Positions 35,187 through 44,347 of a DNA stretch of 52,336 nt are shown one piece after another. How positions within the stretch are numbered: the stretch's first letter is position 1; each line of letters opens with the position of its first letter. A program made the position numbers and the translations under genes. The DNA is from Vampirovibrio sp. (GTDB lineage Bacteria > Cyanobacteriota > Vampirovibrionia > Vampirovibrionales > Vampirovibrionaceae): contig JAHQWC010000029.1 in the NCBI GenBank assembly GCA_019634025.1, forward strand, positions 1-52,336. Reading direction: 5' to 3'. Below the pieces are notes generated by a model. The model ran no database searches, had not been told where the DNA came from, and saw only the letters and a list, made by a program, of their open reading frames with translations.

Positions 35187-36302
35187 GTGACGTTAAGTAT
35201 TATTGACCCGCTGAACAGCGAAGATGTAGATCCAAAAATGGAAAGCGCTCGGCAAGACTTTGCCAGCCTTTTAGAAGAGAGCTTTAAAACAGAATATACC
35301 CCCGGCAGCATTGTGGTCGGCGAGATTCTGAAAGTCGAAAAAGATTGCTTGATGGTGGATGTGGGTGGTAAGTCCGAAGGGGTGGTGCCGATTCACGAGA
35401 TTCCGGATCGCCACAATATTGAGAATTTGGCCGATGTCTATGAAGCCGGTCAGGTCAAAGAATTTTATGTCCTTAGTGAGTTTGATGATGACACACCATT
35501 TTTACTGTCCGTTCGTAGGGTCAATGCCTGGAAGAACTGGCACAAACTCAGTGAGATGAAAGAAAACAATGACACCGTTGAAGCCAAGGTAGCCGGCATT
35601 ACCAAAGGTGGCATTTTGGTTCGGGTGATGGAGCTGAAAGGCTTTATTCCGGCCAGCCAATTGCGGGTGGCCAAAACCTTGAACGACTTGGTGGGCGACA
35701 CATTACCCGCCAAAATTCTGGAAGTGGACCGGACCAAGAACAAGCTGGTCCTCAGCCATCGCCAAGCCATTTTTGAAGAGAAAGCTGCCCTTCGGAAAGA
35801 AACCCTGAGCAAGCTGAACGAAGGCGACGTGGTGAACGGTGAAATCGTCAAAGTAACTGACTTCGGGGTATTTGTAGACATCAACGGTATTGACGGCCTG
35901 CTGCCCTTAAGTGAAATTACCTGGCGGCGAATCAAGCATCCGTCTGAAGTGTTGGCATTAGGCCAACAGATCCAGGTTCAGGTGTTGACCGTAGATCAAG
36001 AGCTTCAACGCATTAGCCTGAGCCTAAAGCGGATGGAAACAGACCCTTGGCAAACGGTTGCCGATAAATTTAGTGTAGGTGACGAGTTTGAAGGACAAGT
36101 CACCAAGCTGTTAAACTCCGGTGTTCTAGTAGAGCTTACTCCAGGCGTAGAAGCATTTTGCGCTTATATTCCCGGCAACAAAATCTTCTTCCTAGACGAA
36201 CGCTACCCGTTTGAGATTGTCTCCATTCAGAGCCATGACCGGAAGATTACCCTGGAATACCGGGGTACATTAAACGCACCAGCCACTGCTCAAGGGTATT
36301 AA
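35187..36302 (+). CDS. rpsA: 30S ribosomal protein S1 (four S1 domains)
   Basis: Repeated S1 OB-fold blocks ('GSIVVGEILKVEKDCLMVDVG', 'VEAKVAGITKGGILV', 'VVNGEIVKVTDFGVFVDI', 'EFEGQVTKLLNSGVLVEL'). GTG start with GGAG 11 nt upstream; alternative ATG at 35238. Confidence 0.88.
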   Translation: MTLSIIDPLNSEDVDPKMESARQDFASLLEESFKTEYTPGSIVVGEILKVEKDCLMVDVGGKSEGVVPIHEIPDRHNIENLADVYEAGQVKEFYVLSEFDDDTPFLLSVRRVNAWKNWHKLSEMKENNDTVEAKVAGITKGGILVRVMELKGFIPASQLRVAKTLNDLVGDTLPAKILEVDRTKNKLVLSHRQAIFEEKAALRKETLSKLNEGDVVNGEIVKVTDFGVFVDINGIDGLLPLSEITWRRIKHPSEVLALGQQIQVQVLTVDQELQRISLSLKRMETDPWQTVADKFSVGDEFEGQVTKLLNSGVLVELTPGVEAFCAYIPGNKIFFLDERYPFEIVSIQSHDRKITLEYRGTLNAPATAQGY

Positions 36303-36345
36303 CCTAACCTTAAAGCCCGGACTCAAACAATGGTTTGATTAAGTC

Positions 36346-36446
36346 CGGGGTAGGTAAGAAGACGGATTAACTTTTTAGCCTTTAAATAGCCATTCTTTCT
36401 TCTTACCGAAGGTGCGGAGCCCCTAGATAGATACGCATGTGCGTAG
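36346..36446 (+). repeat. Family-A structured intergenic repeat, copy 4
   Basis: CGGGGTAGGTAAGAAGACGG-[variable]-TTTCTTCTTACCGAAGGTGCGGAGCCCCTAGATAGATACGCATGTGCGTAG. Its 5' end is shared with a hairpin CCCGGACT...AGTCCGGG (36316-36349) that follows the rpsA stop. Confidence 0.9.
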
Positions 36447-36447
36447 T

Positions 36448-36476
36448 TTGACACTAATGTATGTGGTTGCTATAGT
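36448..36476 (+). promoter_or_regulatory. Near-consensus sigma70-type promoter for rplU-rpmA
   Basis: TTGACA (36448-36453), exact 17-nt spacer, TATAGT (36471-36476). About 80-nt leader before the rplU ATG. Confidence 0.6.
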
Positions 36477-36558
36477 AAGCTTCCTATGCGATGGGTTTTA
36501 TGCCCAACCTCCGGTGTCCATTGAATTTTAGACCAGAAGTTAAGGACCAACAGACGTC

Positions 36559-37200
36559 ATGTACGCCATTATTGATCTCAACGGAAAACAAGTCCAAGTA
36601 GAAGAAGGACGCTACGTTTACGTAGACCGCCTGCCCTACAACGAAGGGGATACGGTGGATTTGGAAAACGTATTGATGGTAGTGGACGGCAAAGACAGTT
36701 TAGTCGGCGCTCCTACGGTTGACGGTGCAGCGGTGAAGGCCAAATTGCTATCACACCGGCGCGGCCCCAAGACGATTGTGTATAAAATGCGTTGTAAAAA
36801 AGGCTACCGCCGTAAGAATGGTCACCGCCAAGAGCTAAGCCAGCTGCAGATTGACGTGATTGAGTTCCCCGGCAAAAAAGCCAGCCCCAAGAAGGCTGAA
36901 GAAAAAGCTGCGCCAGCGAAAGCAAAACCTGCAAAAAAGGCTGATGAGAAGGCCGCTACGGTAGATACCCCAGCGAAAACCGCCGAGAAAAAGCCAGCCG
37001 AAAAGAAACCCACCGCCAAAAAACCGGCGGCTGATAAAACTGACAAAAAAGAAGCAAAGCCGGCTAAGGCTTCTACCAAAGCTTCAGCCGATAAAGCAGA
37101 CAAGCCAGCGAAAGCTGAAAAATCTGCAACGGAGAAAAAGCCGGCGGCTAAAAAAACCACTAAGTCTAAAGCAGATAAACCTGAGCAGAAGGAATCCTAG
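36559..37200 (+). CDS. rplU: 50S ribosomal protein L21 with a Lys/Ala/Pro-rich C-terminal extension of about 110 aa
   Basis: 'MYAIIDLNGKQVQVEEGRYVYVDRL...KTIVYKMRCKKGYRRKNGHRQ' is canonical L21. The tail is 'KKASPKKAEEKAAPAKAKPAKKADEK...'. Confidence 0.93.
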   Translation: MYAIIDLNGKQVQVEEGRYVYVDRLPYNEGDTVDLENVLMVVDGKDSLVGAPTVDGAAVKAKLLSHRRGPKTIVYKMRCKKGYRRKNGHRQELSQLQIDVIEFPGKKASPKKAEEKAAPAKAKPAKKADEKAATVDTPAKTAEKKPAEKKPTAKKPAADKTDKKEAKPAKASTKASADKADKPAKAEKSATEKKPAAKKTTKSKADKPEQKES

Positions 37201-37203
37201 GTC

Positions 37204-37458
37204 ATGGCTCATAAAAAAGGGGTAGGCTCCACAAAAAACGGACGCGACAGCGAATCTAAACGGCTGGGCGTTAAAAAGTACGGCGGCGAATTGGTCAAAG
37301 CCGGTAACATTCTGGTTCGTCAGCGCGGCACCAAGTATCACCCCGGCACAAACGTAGGTATCGGCGGAGATGACACCCTGTTTGCCTTGGCAGGCGGACA
37401 CGTCAAGTTTGAGCGTCACCGCAAAAAATCTTTAAAAGTGACGGTAGTACCTGCCTAG
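37204..37458 (+). CDS. rpmA: 50S ribosomal protein L27
   Basis: '[57 protein letters not shown]'. Confidence 0.97.
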   Translation: MAHKKGVGSTKNGRDSESKRLGVKKYGGELVKAGNILVRQRGTKYHPGTNVGIGGDDTLFALAGGHVKFERHRKKSLKVTVVPA

Positions 37459-37490
37459 CAGCAGCTTCCACACTCTAAAATTTCAAAAAG

Positions 37491-37517
37491 CCGACCTATC
37501 TTATAGAGTCGGTTTTT
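37491..37517 (+). terminator. Rho-independent terminator of rplU-rpmA
   Basis: CCGACCTAT-CTT-ATAGAGTCGG stem (one bulge) followed by TTTTTT. Confidence 0.7.
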
Positions 37518-37541
37518 TAGGACCCCTTTTTATCAACGGGG

Positions 37542-38480
37542 TTAGATTGCCTGTTGGTCTGACCGTTTAAATCCATAGCGACGATACGCTTTTTCTCGTT
37601 GGGCTGCCAAATAAGAACTGTCTTTAGGACCATGGCTAAATAACTGGCTAGTTACATCTTGTAACAACGTCGCATCGTCAATAGCTTGTTCATCTGTGGA
37701 TAAAATATTCAGAATCTCTTCAGCATCCTGATGCCCAGTGATCGGAAGGCCTACATCTTGACTGTTCTCTTCCTGTAGACTATCAAACGCTGTATTCTTT
37801 TCTTCATTAACAGTATCACTGTCGTTGTTAAGCCCTATAGATATCTCAGCGGAATCAGACTGTTGTTTAAACTGTTCTGCAAGACCGTGCACCCGTTCTT
37901 TCAAACGATCCAGTTCTGCCAGAGCCACTTTGAACTGATTTTGAGTGACATATCCGGTGGCCTGAGTCGCAGCAGACAACGAAGCAGTAGAAGGTCGAGC
38001 ACTATTAGAGTCTGAAGAAGACTCAGGGTGTTTGAGTTGAGTGGATTGAGAGATAGGACTTTTTACTGGGGGGCCAAGAGGCTCTTTTGAGGTAGATTCA
38101 GTAACATCTGCCTGGCTTTCTTGGGAAACGGCTGCATCAATTTTTCTGAGACAGTGGACACACAGAGGTTCTACACTGTAGACATTCAACATCGCCGAAT
38201 CGCAAACGTAACACACCCCTTTCTTCAGCCCGGATAAGGAAGCAATATCTGTTTTACCTAGACGGTAGAGAAGGGTTTTACGAACGACCTCTCGGGACAT
38301 CCCTGTAGCTCGGGCCAATCTTAGAAAATCAATGCTTCGAATCGCATGGCCAATCCGGGAAAACGCTTCTTCAAAATAGGCCTGCTCTTCACCCACACAT
38401 TCACCACATAACTTGGCATTTCCCTGCCGGTTGAACGGTTTATTACATTGACGGCAATTGACCAACGACATTATAAGCAA
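37542..38480 (-). CDS. Zinc-ribbon protein with HTH-like segment and a long Ser/Asp/Gln-rich disordered tail (N-terminus reminiscent of YvyF-type proteins)
   Basis: 'NCRQCNKPF...KLCGECVGEEQAYFEEAFSRI' plus a second 'CYVCDS...CVHC' ribbon. The YvyF similarity is from memory only. Confidence 0.45.
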   Translation of the reverse strand: MLIMSLVNCRQCNKPFNRQGNAKLCGECVGEEQAYFEEAFSRIGHAIRSIDFLRLARATGMSREVVRKTLLYRLGKTDIASLSGLKKGVCYVCDSAMLNVYSVEPLCVHCLRKIDAAVSQESQADVTESTSKEPLGPPVKSPISQSTQLKHPESSSDSNSARPSTASLSAATQATGYVTQNQFKVALAELDRLKERVHGLAEQFKQQSDSAEISIGLNNDSDTVNEEKNTAFDSLQEENSQDVGLPITGHQDAEEILNILSTDEQAIDDATLLQDVTSQLFSHGPKDSSYLAAQREKAYRRYGFKRSDQQAI

Positions 38481-38571
38481 GACCCTTCAGTATGTTTGCC
38501 ACACCAACTATACAGTTGTCTTTATATTTGTTATCGGCCTATACTGAAAATAGTTTAGGGTATAGCATTAG

Positions 38572-39603
38572 ATGATTACCGATATAAAACTCGACTCACT
38601 GATTTCTTCGTCACAGGCAGAGGCGCTTATTACGCTGAAATGTTCAGCAGATGAACGCGACTATTGGTTTGAACAATTAACACCCAACCAAATGGATGTA
38701 AACAGTCTGGCTGTCATTATTGAAGCCATTCAACACCACTGTACGGCCACCCCCACACTAAACGGCAGCGTTCTTGACATTAGCGGAACGGGGATGAGTC
38801 CTCTGGCCTCTTACAACACCTACATCACGTCCGCCTTTATTCTGATGGCTGGTGGCGTCAAGGTCACCAAGTTCTGTGCTCCCCCATCAATGACGCCTCA
38901 GACCCAGGCATTGTTCAATACATTAGGCGTGGATAACCATATCCCATGGGAAAAATGGTCCGCCATCTTTCACGAAACCAACTTGGCTTTTCATTTTTTC
39001 GACCAGTTCTACAGCGCATCCCTCCTACCTTTTGGCGATGCCTTAAGTTCATATCGAGAAAAAACCGGGAAAACGACGATTTTTCACTATCTGTTTCCTC
39101 TTATAAGCCCTATTAGCGCTAGTTACCGGATTCTAGGCGTAGCAAACTCATTGATGCATCCGCTGTTAACCGAGTATTTGGCCAAAAGAACTCGTTGCCG
39201 TAAAGGGCTCATTGTCTGTGGCTTTATGGACGCCTCTAAACATCCGCTGGACGAGTTAAGCCCTTACGGTACAACTAGTTTATTCGAAGTCAGAGGTATT
39301 CGGGCAAAACGAAACATCCTTCAAACAAGCTATACAAGCCCCTTAAACATTAAAGCTATGCCAAGCCTTTCCAGTGATGAAGCTTTAACCATGTTTAACC
39401 AACTCATCCGGGGCCAAGACACCGATTCGATATACTATTGGCTAGTATGTTTAGCCACTGGTGCAGGGTTTTATGCCGCCAACAAAACCAAGACCATTTC
39501 TGAGGGCGTAGATCTTGCCCAGGAGCTATTAAAGACCAATCGAGTAGAAAAAGCCTTGGAATGCTTTAAGGCAAGCGTAGCCAGTCATAAAAAAGCTGAC
39601 TGA
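38572..39603 (+). CDS. Divergent anthranilate phosphoribosyltransferase-like (glycosyl transferase family 3 / TrpD fold) protein lacking canonical catalytic motifs
   Basis: Colinear with TrpD: 'DISGTGMSPLASYNTYITSAFILMAGGVKVTKF' (TrpD has GTGGDG...KHGN), 'TIFHYLFPLISP', 'ILGV', 'LIVCG...LDELSPYGTTSLFEV', 'LATGAGFYAANKTKTISEGVDLAQELL'. Confidence 0.6.
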   Translation: MITDIKLDSLISSSQAEALITLKCSADERDYWFEQLTPNQMDVNSLAVIIEAIQHHCTATPTLNGSVLDISGTGMSPLASYNTYITSAFILMAGGVKVTKFCAPPSMTPQTQALFNTLGVDNHIPWEKWSAIFHETNLAFHFFDQFYSASLLPFGDALSSYREKTGKTTIFHYLFPLISPISASYRILGVANSLMHPLLTEYLAKRTRCRKGLIVCGFMDASKHPLDELSPYGTTSLFEVRGIRAKRNILQTSYTSPLNIKAMPSLSSDEALTMFNQLIRGQDTDSIYYWLVCLATGAGFYAANKTKTISEGVDLAQELLKTNRVEKALECFKASVASHKKAD

Positions 39604-39708
39604 GAGACCCAGCTTTTGTCTGTTCCCCATTGTTGTTTCCAAGTACATTTTCCCGATTAAGCTTTTTCCCTGGAACCGGATGCGATACAATACCAGGAAT
39701 ACTGGAGT

Positions 39709-41118
39709 ATGAAGCCCATGTTGCCTACAGATTCGGCGCTCAATCAAGAAGAGAAAATCCAATCCGAAGGACACTCACCGACTGCCAATGCCACAAGCCT
39801 TATGACCCACCCCACAACTACCCTCACTGCTCAAGACCGCCTGGAAAAACTGGGGGTGGATTTGTCCAAATATCAGTTTATTGATCAGCGGGAAAACTTT
39901 AAGCCCATTATTTCTCGTAAGTGGCGAGAGTTATCTGCCGCCGTGCTACAGGCGATTGTGCAAAAAACTGCGGGTTTTGCCCCGGACCCCTGGATGTTAA
40001 CCCATATTGTCACCACTCGATGTAACTATAGCTGTGGGTTTTGCTCTTTTGCAGACACCTTAAACGCCAAACACAACGAGCTGACCCTGGAAGAAATTGA
40101 GCAGGTTTACGCCACCATTGGGCGGAACCTGAACGTGATTGTCTATTCCGGCGGGGAAACCACGCTGAATCGGAATTTAGCCCCCATTATTGAAGCCGCT
40201 TACCGGCTGACCCCGGTAAAGTCTGTTTATATTATCTCCAACGCCTGGAAACCGGATTTGTTATTCCAGATTACCCACCGGGTAATGCAGCGCTGCCCCA
40301 ACCTGCACCTAACCTGGAGTTTAAGTATTGAAGGGCCCAAAGAGCACAATAACAGTATTCGCCACACGCATGCGGAAAGCTGGGATGCCTGGCAAAACAC
40401 CATTGACACCATGGAAGGCTTGAAGCGACTACGAGAAAAATATGGGTACGACCAACTGGACGTGCAGCTGTGTACAGTTTGTACGCCGGATAACATCCAT
40501 GTGATGGACGACTGGTATGCCATGATTGCCAAAGAACTGCAGCCGGACAAGTGGAACCTGAACTTGATGCGCCGCAGCGTCCAGATGAGTAACTCTGATC
40601 TGGCCACCTTTGAGGATCGTCGCAAACAGCAGGCTTTAGAACCTTTTGAACAGAAGTACGTGGAAATTACCGAGGCGCTCCGGGAAGATGTCATCAACGG
40701 GAAAATCAAATTTAACTATCACACGGCGACTGCCCTGGAAGGCAAAGTAAAAGCGGCGCTGGATTTGATTAGCCAGGAAGAAAACCGCCGGATGGTGCAA
40801 CAGCAACCGCCTACTTTTGGCTGTAAGGCCGGGACTCACGGTGCATTTATCGGCAGTGAGGGTGAACTGGGGGGGTGCGAAGAATTTGTGATGAACCCGT
40901 CAGACACCAAATCTTTTGGGAACCTTCGGGATGTGGGCTATGACTTTCAAAAACTGTGGCACTCCGGCACCGCCCAAAAATACCGGGAGCTGGCCGGGAA
41001 ATCTGACGAATGCGTTGGGTGTACGCTGGAAAGTCAGCGAAACTACCCCTCTGTTCTGGCGTCGCCCAAAAATATGGGGCGGGCAGTGAAGATCGCCATG
41101 AAAATGGATCAGCAGTAG
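39709..41118 (+). CDS. Radical SAM enzyme with a C-terminal SPASM/twitch-like Cys-rich domain
   Basis: 'TTRCNYSCGFCSF' (CX3CX2C), 'VYSGGETTL', and C-terminal 'FGCKAGTHGAFIGSEGELGGCEEF...ECVGCTLESQ'. Confidence 0.85.
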   Translation: MKPMLPTDSALNQEEKIQSEGHSPTANATSLMTHPTTTLTAQDRLEKLGVDLSKYQFIDQRENFKPIISRKWRELSAAVLQAIVQKTAGFAPDPWMLTHIVTTRCNYSCGFCSFADTLNAKHNELTLEEIEQVYATIGRNLNVIVYSGGETTLNRNLAPIIEAAYRLTPVKSVYIISNAWKPDLLFQITHRVMQRCPNLHLTWSLSIEGPKEHNNSIRHTHAESWDAWQNTIDTMEGLKRLREKYGYDQLDVQLCTVCTPDNIHVMDDWYAMIAKELQPDKWNLNLMRRSVQMSNSDLATFEDRRKQQALEPFEQKYVEITEALREDVINGKIKFNYHTATALEGKVKAALDLISQEENRRMVQQQPPTFGCKAGTHGAFIGSEGELGGCEEFVMNPSDTKSFGNLRDVGYDFQKLWHSGTAQKYRELAGKSDECVGCTLESQRNYPSVLASPKNMGRAVKIAMKMDQQ

Positions 41119-41196
41119 GCGAGGTTGAACAGCGCAAGTTCAACATCAACAAGAGCAACATCAACAAGTTCAACCTTAATAGGGGCTTAAAGACAG

Positions 41197-43131
41197 ATGT
41201 GTGGGATTTTCGGCCTATGTGGCATCAGCGGGAAACCTGTCTCTGTTTCTACACAAGAGATGGCGACATCCTTACAGTTGATGCAGCACCGGGGGCCCAA
41301 TGCCGGACGGCTGGCTTTGTTTGGCGGTGAGGAAGAACCGCCGTTATTACTCGAATTGGACAAGATTCCCAATAAGGCTAAAGCACCCTTGGCGGCAGAT
41401 GTTGCAACAACTCTTGCCCTGGGCCATCGTCGGCTTTCGATTATCGACCTGTCTGAGGCGGCGCATCAGCCGATGGCCTCTGGTTCAGGTCGGTTTTGGA
41501 TGACTTATAACGGTGAACTGTATAACTACCGGGAGTTGCGGGAAGAATTAAAAACCAAAGGGTTCACGTTCACGACACAATCTGACACCGAGGTTTTGCT
41601 GGCGTTGTATGAAGCCGAAGGTGCTGGCATGGTGAGCCGGTTGAACGGCATGTTTGCTCTGGCCATCTGGGATACTCAGGATCGCGCCTTATTTTTGGCA
41701 CGGGATCGCTATGGCATCAAGCCGTTATACACAACCCGGATGCCGGATGGCGCTATTGCCTTTGCATCAGAGGTAAAGAGCTTGCTGGCCTTACCAGGAG
41801 TCACTCAAGAATTAAACCCCCAAGGTCTATACGAGCACTTTACCTTCCAGACCACCCTGTTTGAAAAAACCTTGGTGAAAAACATCAGCCTGTTAGAGGC
41901 CGGGAGCTTTGTGATGATTAGCCCGGAGCAAAACACTTGGCACCAAGAAAAGTACTGGGAGCCGGTGTTTCAGGATACGCCTTACAACCCCAACCATTTG
42001 CAACGGTATACGCAGGATGTTCGTGAGTGTTTGGAACAAGCTATTTCTCGCCAACTGGTGGGCGAGGTACCTATTGGCGCTTTTTTGAGCGGCGGGATGG
42101 ATACCGGGGCCATTACGGCGGTGGCTGGGCGGCAAATTGAAAATTTAAACACCTTTACCTGCGGCTTTGATACCCGTGGTGTGACGGAGATGGAGCAGTA
42201 TACCGATGAGCGTGTTGAGGCCCAAGCCTTGGCGCAAACACTGGGAAGCCATCACCACGAGATGGTCCTGGATCACCAAGCCTTGCCGCAGTCCTTGGAA
42301 CGCCTGGTGTGGCATCTGGATGACTTTCGGGCCGGCATCAGCTACCAGAACGAGCGGATCAATGAACTGGTGAGCCAACATGTCACTGTGGTACTGTCCG
42401 GCGTGGGCGGGGACGAACTGTTTGCCGGCTACCCATGGCGGCATCAACCGTTGCTGTCGCTTACAGATTCAAAGGCATTTTCGGATGCTTACTATCAGCA
42501 CTGGGCCCGGCTGCTGAGTGATGCGCAGAAACAACAGCTATTTTCTAAAAAGATATTGGCGGGGTTAACGGAGCCTGACACCAAGACCGCTTTTAATAGG
42601 GTGCTTGGCCGCTGCCAGGCCCAACACCCACTACACAAAGCCCTGGGCTATGAGATGACGACATTCTTGCAAGGCTTGCTGATTGTAGATGATCGCCTGA
42701 GTATGGCTCACAGTATTGAGCTGCGGGTGCCGTTTTTGGATAACGACTTGGTGGATCTATGCCTGAGCCTGCCTGCCGAGACAAAGCTATCGCCAGACGG
42801 AACGCCCAAGGCCATTTTAAAAGAAGCCTTAGAAGGTCTGCTGCCGGATGAGGTGATTCATCGCCGTAAGCAAGGCTTTACGCCGCCGGAAATGACGTGG
42901 TTCCGGGGGCCGACTCGAGGGTACGTGGAAGAGATGCTGTTGAGTGACCAGGCCATAGAACGCGGCTTGTTTGAACCAGATGCCTTAAAACACCTCATCA
43001 CTGAGCACATGGACGGCCATGCCAACCATCGGTTTTTGATTTGGTCGCTGTTGTGCTTAGAGCAATGGCAGCGATTGTTCCTGGACCAGGACGCCCTATC
43101 ACCTCCAAAATCCACGCAATCAGTAATATAA
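41197..43131 (+). CDS. Asparagine synthase (glutamine-hydrolysing) family amidotransferase
   Basis: Ntn Cys 'MCGIFGL', 'GHRRLSIIDLS..AHQPM', 'YNGELYNY', PP-loop 'GAFLSGGMDTGAI', 'LSGVGGDELFAGY'. Confidence 0.9.
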   Translation: MCGIFGLCGISGKPVSVSTQEMATSLQLMQHRGPNAGRLALFGGEEEPPLLLELDKIPNKAKAPLAADVATTLALGHRRLSIIDLSEAAHQPMASGSGRFWMTYNGELYNYRELREELKTKGFTFTTQSDTEVLLALYEAEGAGMVSRLNGMFALAIWDTQDRALFLARDRYGIKPLYTTRMPDGAIAFASEVKSLLALPGVTQELNPQGLYEHFTFQTTLFEKTLVKNISLLEAGSFVMISPEQNTWHQEKYWEPVFQDTPYNPNHLQRYTQDVRECLEQAISRQLVGEVPIGAFLSGGMDTGAITAVAGRQIENLNTFTCGFDTRGVTEMEQYTDERVEAQALAQTLGSHHHEMVLDHQALPQSLERLVWHLDDFRAGISYQNERINELVSQHVTVVLSGVGGDELFAGYPWRHQPLLSLTDSKAFSDAYYQHWARLLSDAQKQQLFSKKILAGLTEPDTKTAFNRVLGRCQAQHPLHKALGYEMTTFLQGLLIVDDRLSMAHSIELRVPFLDNDLVDLCLSLPAETKLSPDGTPKAILKEALEGLLPDEVIHRRKQGFTPPEMTWFRGPTRGYVEEMLLSDQAIERGLFEPDALKHLITEHMDGHANHRFLIWSLLCLEQWQRLFLDQDALSPPKSTQSVI

Positions 43132-43185
43132 GCGAAAGAGTGTAAAATATAACACTGTAAGGGTCATAGAGAAGGCAGGTTTTAT

Positions 43186-43836
43186 ATGGAGCAGCCTCAA
43201 GAAGGCATTCACTCAACAGCGTTGGTATACCCTGGCGTCACCCTGGGCGATTTGGTGCGAGTGGGAGCTTACGTTATTTTGGGAGAACCTGAGCAGAGCA
43301 AACAACCTGGGGAAGTGGCTTTAACCATTGGCCCTTTGTCTAAGATCCGGTCTCATACAGTGATATATGCCGGCAACACCATTGGAGAGGGCTTCCAGAC
43401 CGGGCACAACGTCTTGGTGCGCGAAGATAACGAAATTGCCGAAGATGTCAGTATTGGCTCCGGCACGGTGGTAGAGCACCACGTAAAGATTGGCCGGGGC
43501 GTCCGGCTACATTCGCAGGTGTTTGTGCCGGAATACAGCATTTTAGAGGATGAGGCCTGGCTGGGCCCGAATGTGGTGCTGACCAACGCCAAATACCCTC
43601 AGTCTCAACAGGTTAAATCGACTTTGAAAGGCCCCCACATCAAAACCTTTGCCAAAATCGGCGCCAACAGCACCCTGCTGCCTGGCATTACCATTGGCGC
43701 TCATGCCCTGGTGGGCGCAGGATCTGTGGTCACTAAAGACGTGCCAGATTACGCCGTGGTGAGCGGTAATCCTGCTAAAGTGATCAATGACATACGAGAT
43801 CTACCATACGAAATCGCGGCAGAAATGATTCAATAA
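43186..43836 (+). CDS. Left-handed beta-helix (hexapeptide-repeat) acyl/acetyltransferase
   Basis: Repeated [LIV]-G-x4 hexapeptides ('IGSGTVVEHHVKIGRGVRL', 'IGANSTLLPGITIGAHALVGAGSVV') and a terminal 'VVSGNPAKVI'. Confidence 0.85.
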   Translation: MEQPQEGIHSTALVYPGVTLGDLVRVGAYVILGEPEQSKQPGEVALTIGPLSKIRSHTVIYAGNTIGEGFQTGHNVLVREDNEIAEDVSIGSGTVVEHHVKIGRGVRLHSQVFVPEYSILEDEAWLGPNVVLTNAKYPQSQQVKSTLKGPHIKTFAKIGANSTLLPGITIGAHALVGAGSVVTKDVPDYAVVSGNPAKVINDIRDLPYEIAAEMIQ

Positions 43837-44238
43837 ACCCAACCTTAACTGGAAATAGAGCGCACTTTTGGCTTAGAGGGCCAGCATATACCAGAGATCG
43901 GCTAATGCTTCGCGCATTGAAATCATCACGCGCTGAACTTCTTCAACCGTATGGCTCAACTCCCGGGAGATCATATGTTCAATGGCTTTCATCGATAATG
44001 TCTTCTTATCTTCTCTTAAGACTTCTCAAAAAATATGTGGAATTATGGGTTGTAATTACTGGACACGCTGGACTAAAAACACCTGAAGGAAGAAAGTTGA
44101 CAGACCACAAATGGAATACTGGCCGCTCTATTGCCTGACAAACTGTTACTTCATTAAAAATTCTAGCAAAAAACAGCAATTCCGGGCGTCTTCCGGTGGA
44201 TTCTTAATATCCTCTTTATCCGGCTTTTGATAGGCTTA

Positions 44239-44278
44239 TACGCACATGCGTAATTATTTAGGGGATCCACCCCTTTGG
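44239..44278 (-). repeat. Family-A repeat, truncated inverted copy (3' module only)
   Basis: TACGCACATGCGTAATTATTTAGGGGATCCACCCCTTTGG is the reverse complement of the palindrome plus GGGGC/GCCCC modules. The GGTAAGAAG hairpin is absent. Confidence 0.7.
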
Positions 44279-44347
44279 CATGATGCAAATTGGTATTAAT
44301 GATATAAAGCGCTAAAAATCATTCCTCTTCATAAAGTATCTTATCGT

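Noticed and set aside
41197-43131. Asparagine-synthetase homologue as a lasso-peptide cyclase
   Set aside because: It keeps the N-terminal catalytic Cys (MCGIFGL) of true glutamine amidotransferases. No transglutaminase-like B protein, RRE or precursor is nearby, and the context is glycosyltransferases. A sugar- or polysaccharide-modifying amidotransferase is more likely.
43873-44138. 77-aa plus-strand ORF (43905..44138) and a 39-aa minus-strand ORF (43873..43992, MKAIEHMISRELSHTVEEVQRVMISMREALADLWYMLAL)
   Set aside because: Neither has a convincing SD or a recognisable motif. They overlap each other in a repeat-containing intergenic region. Evidence is insufficient to call either.
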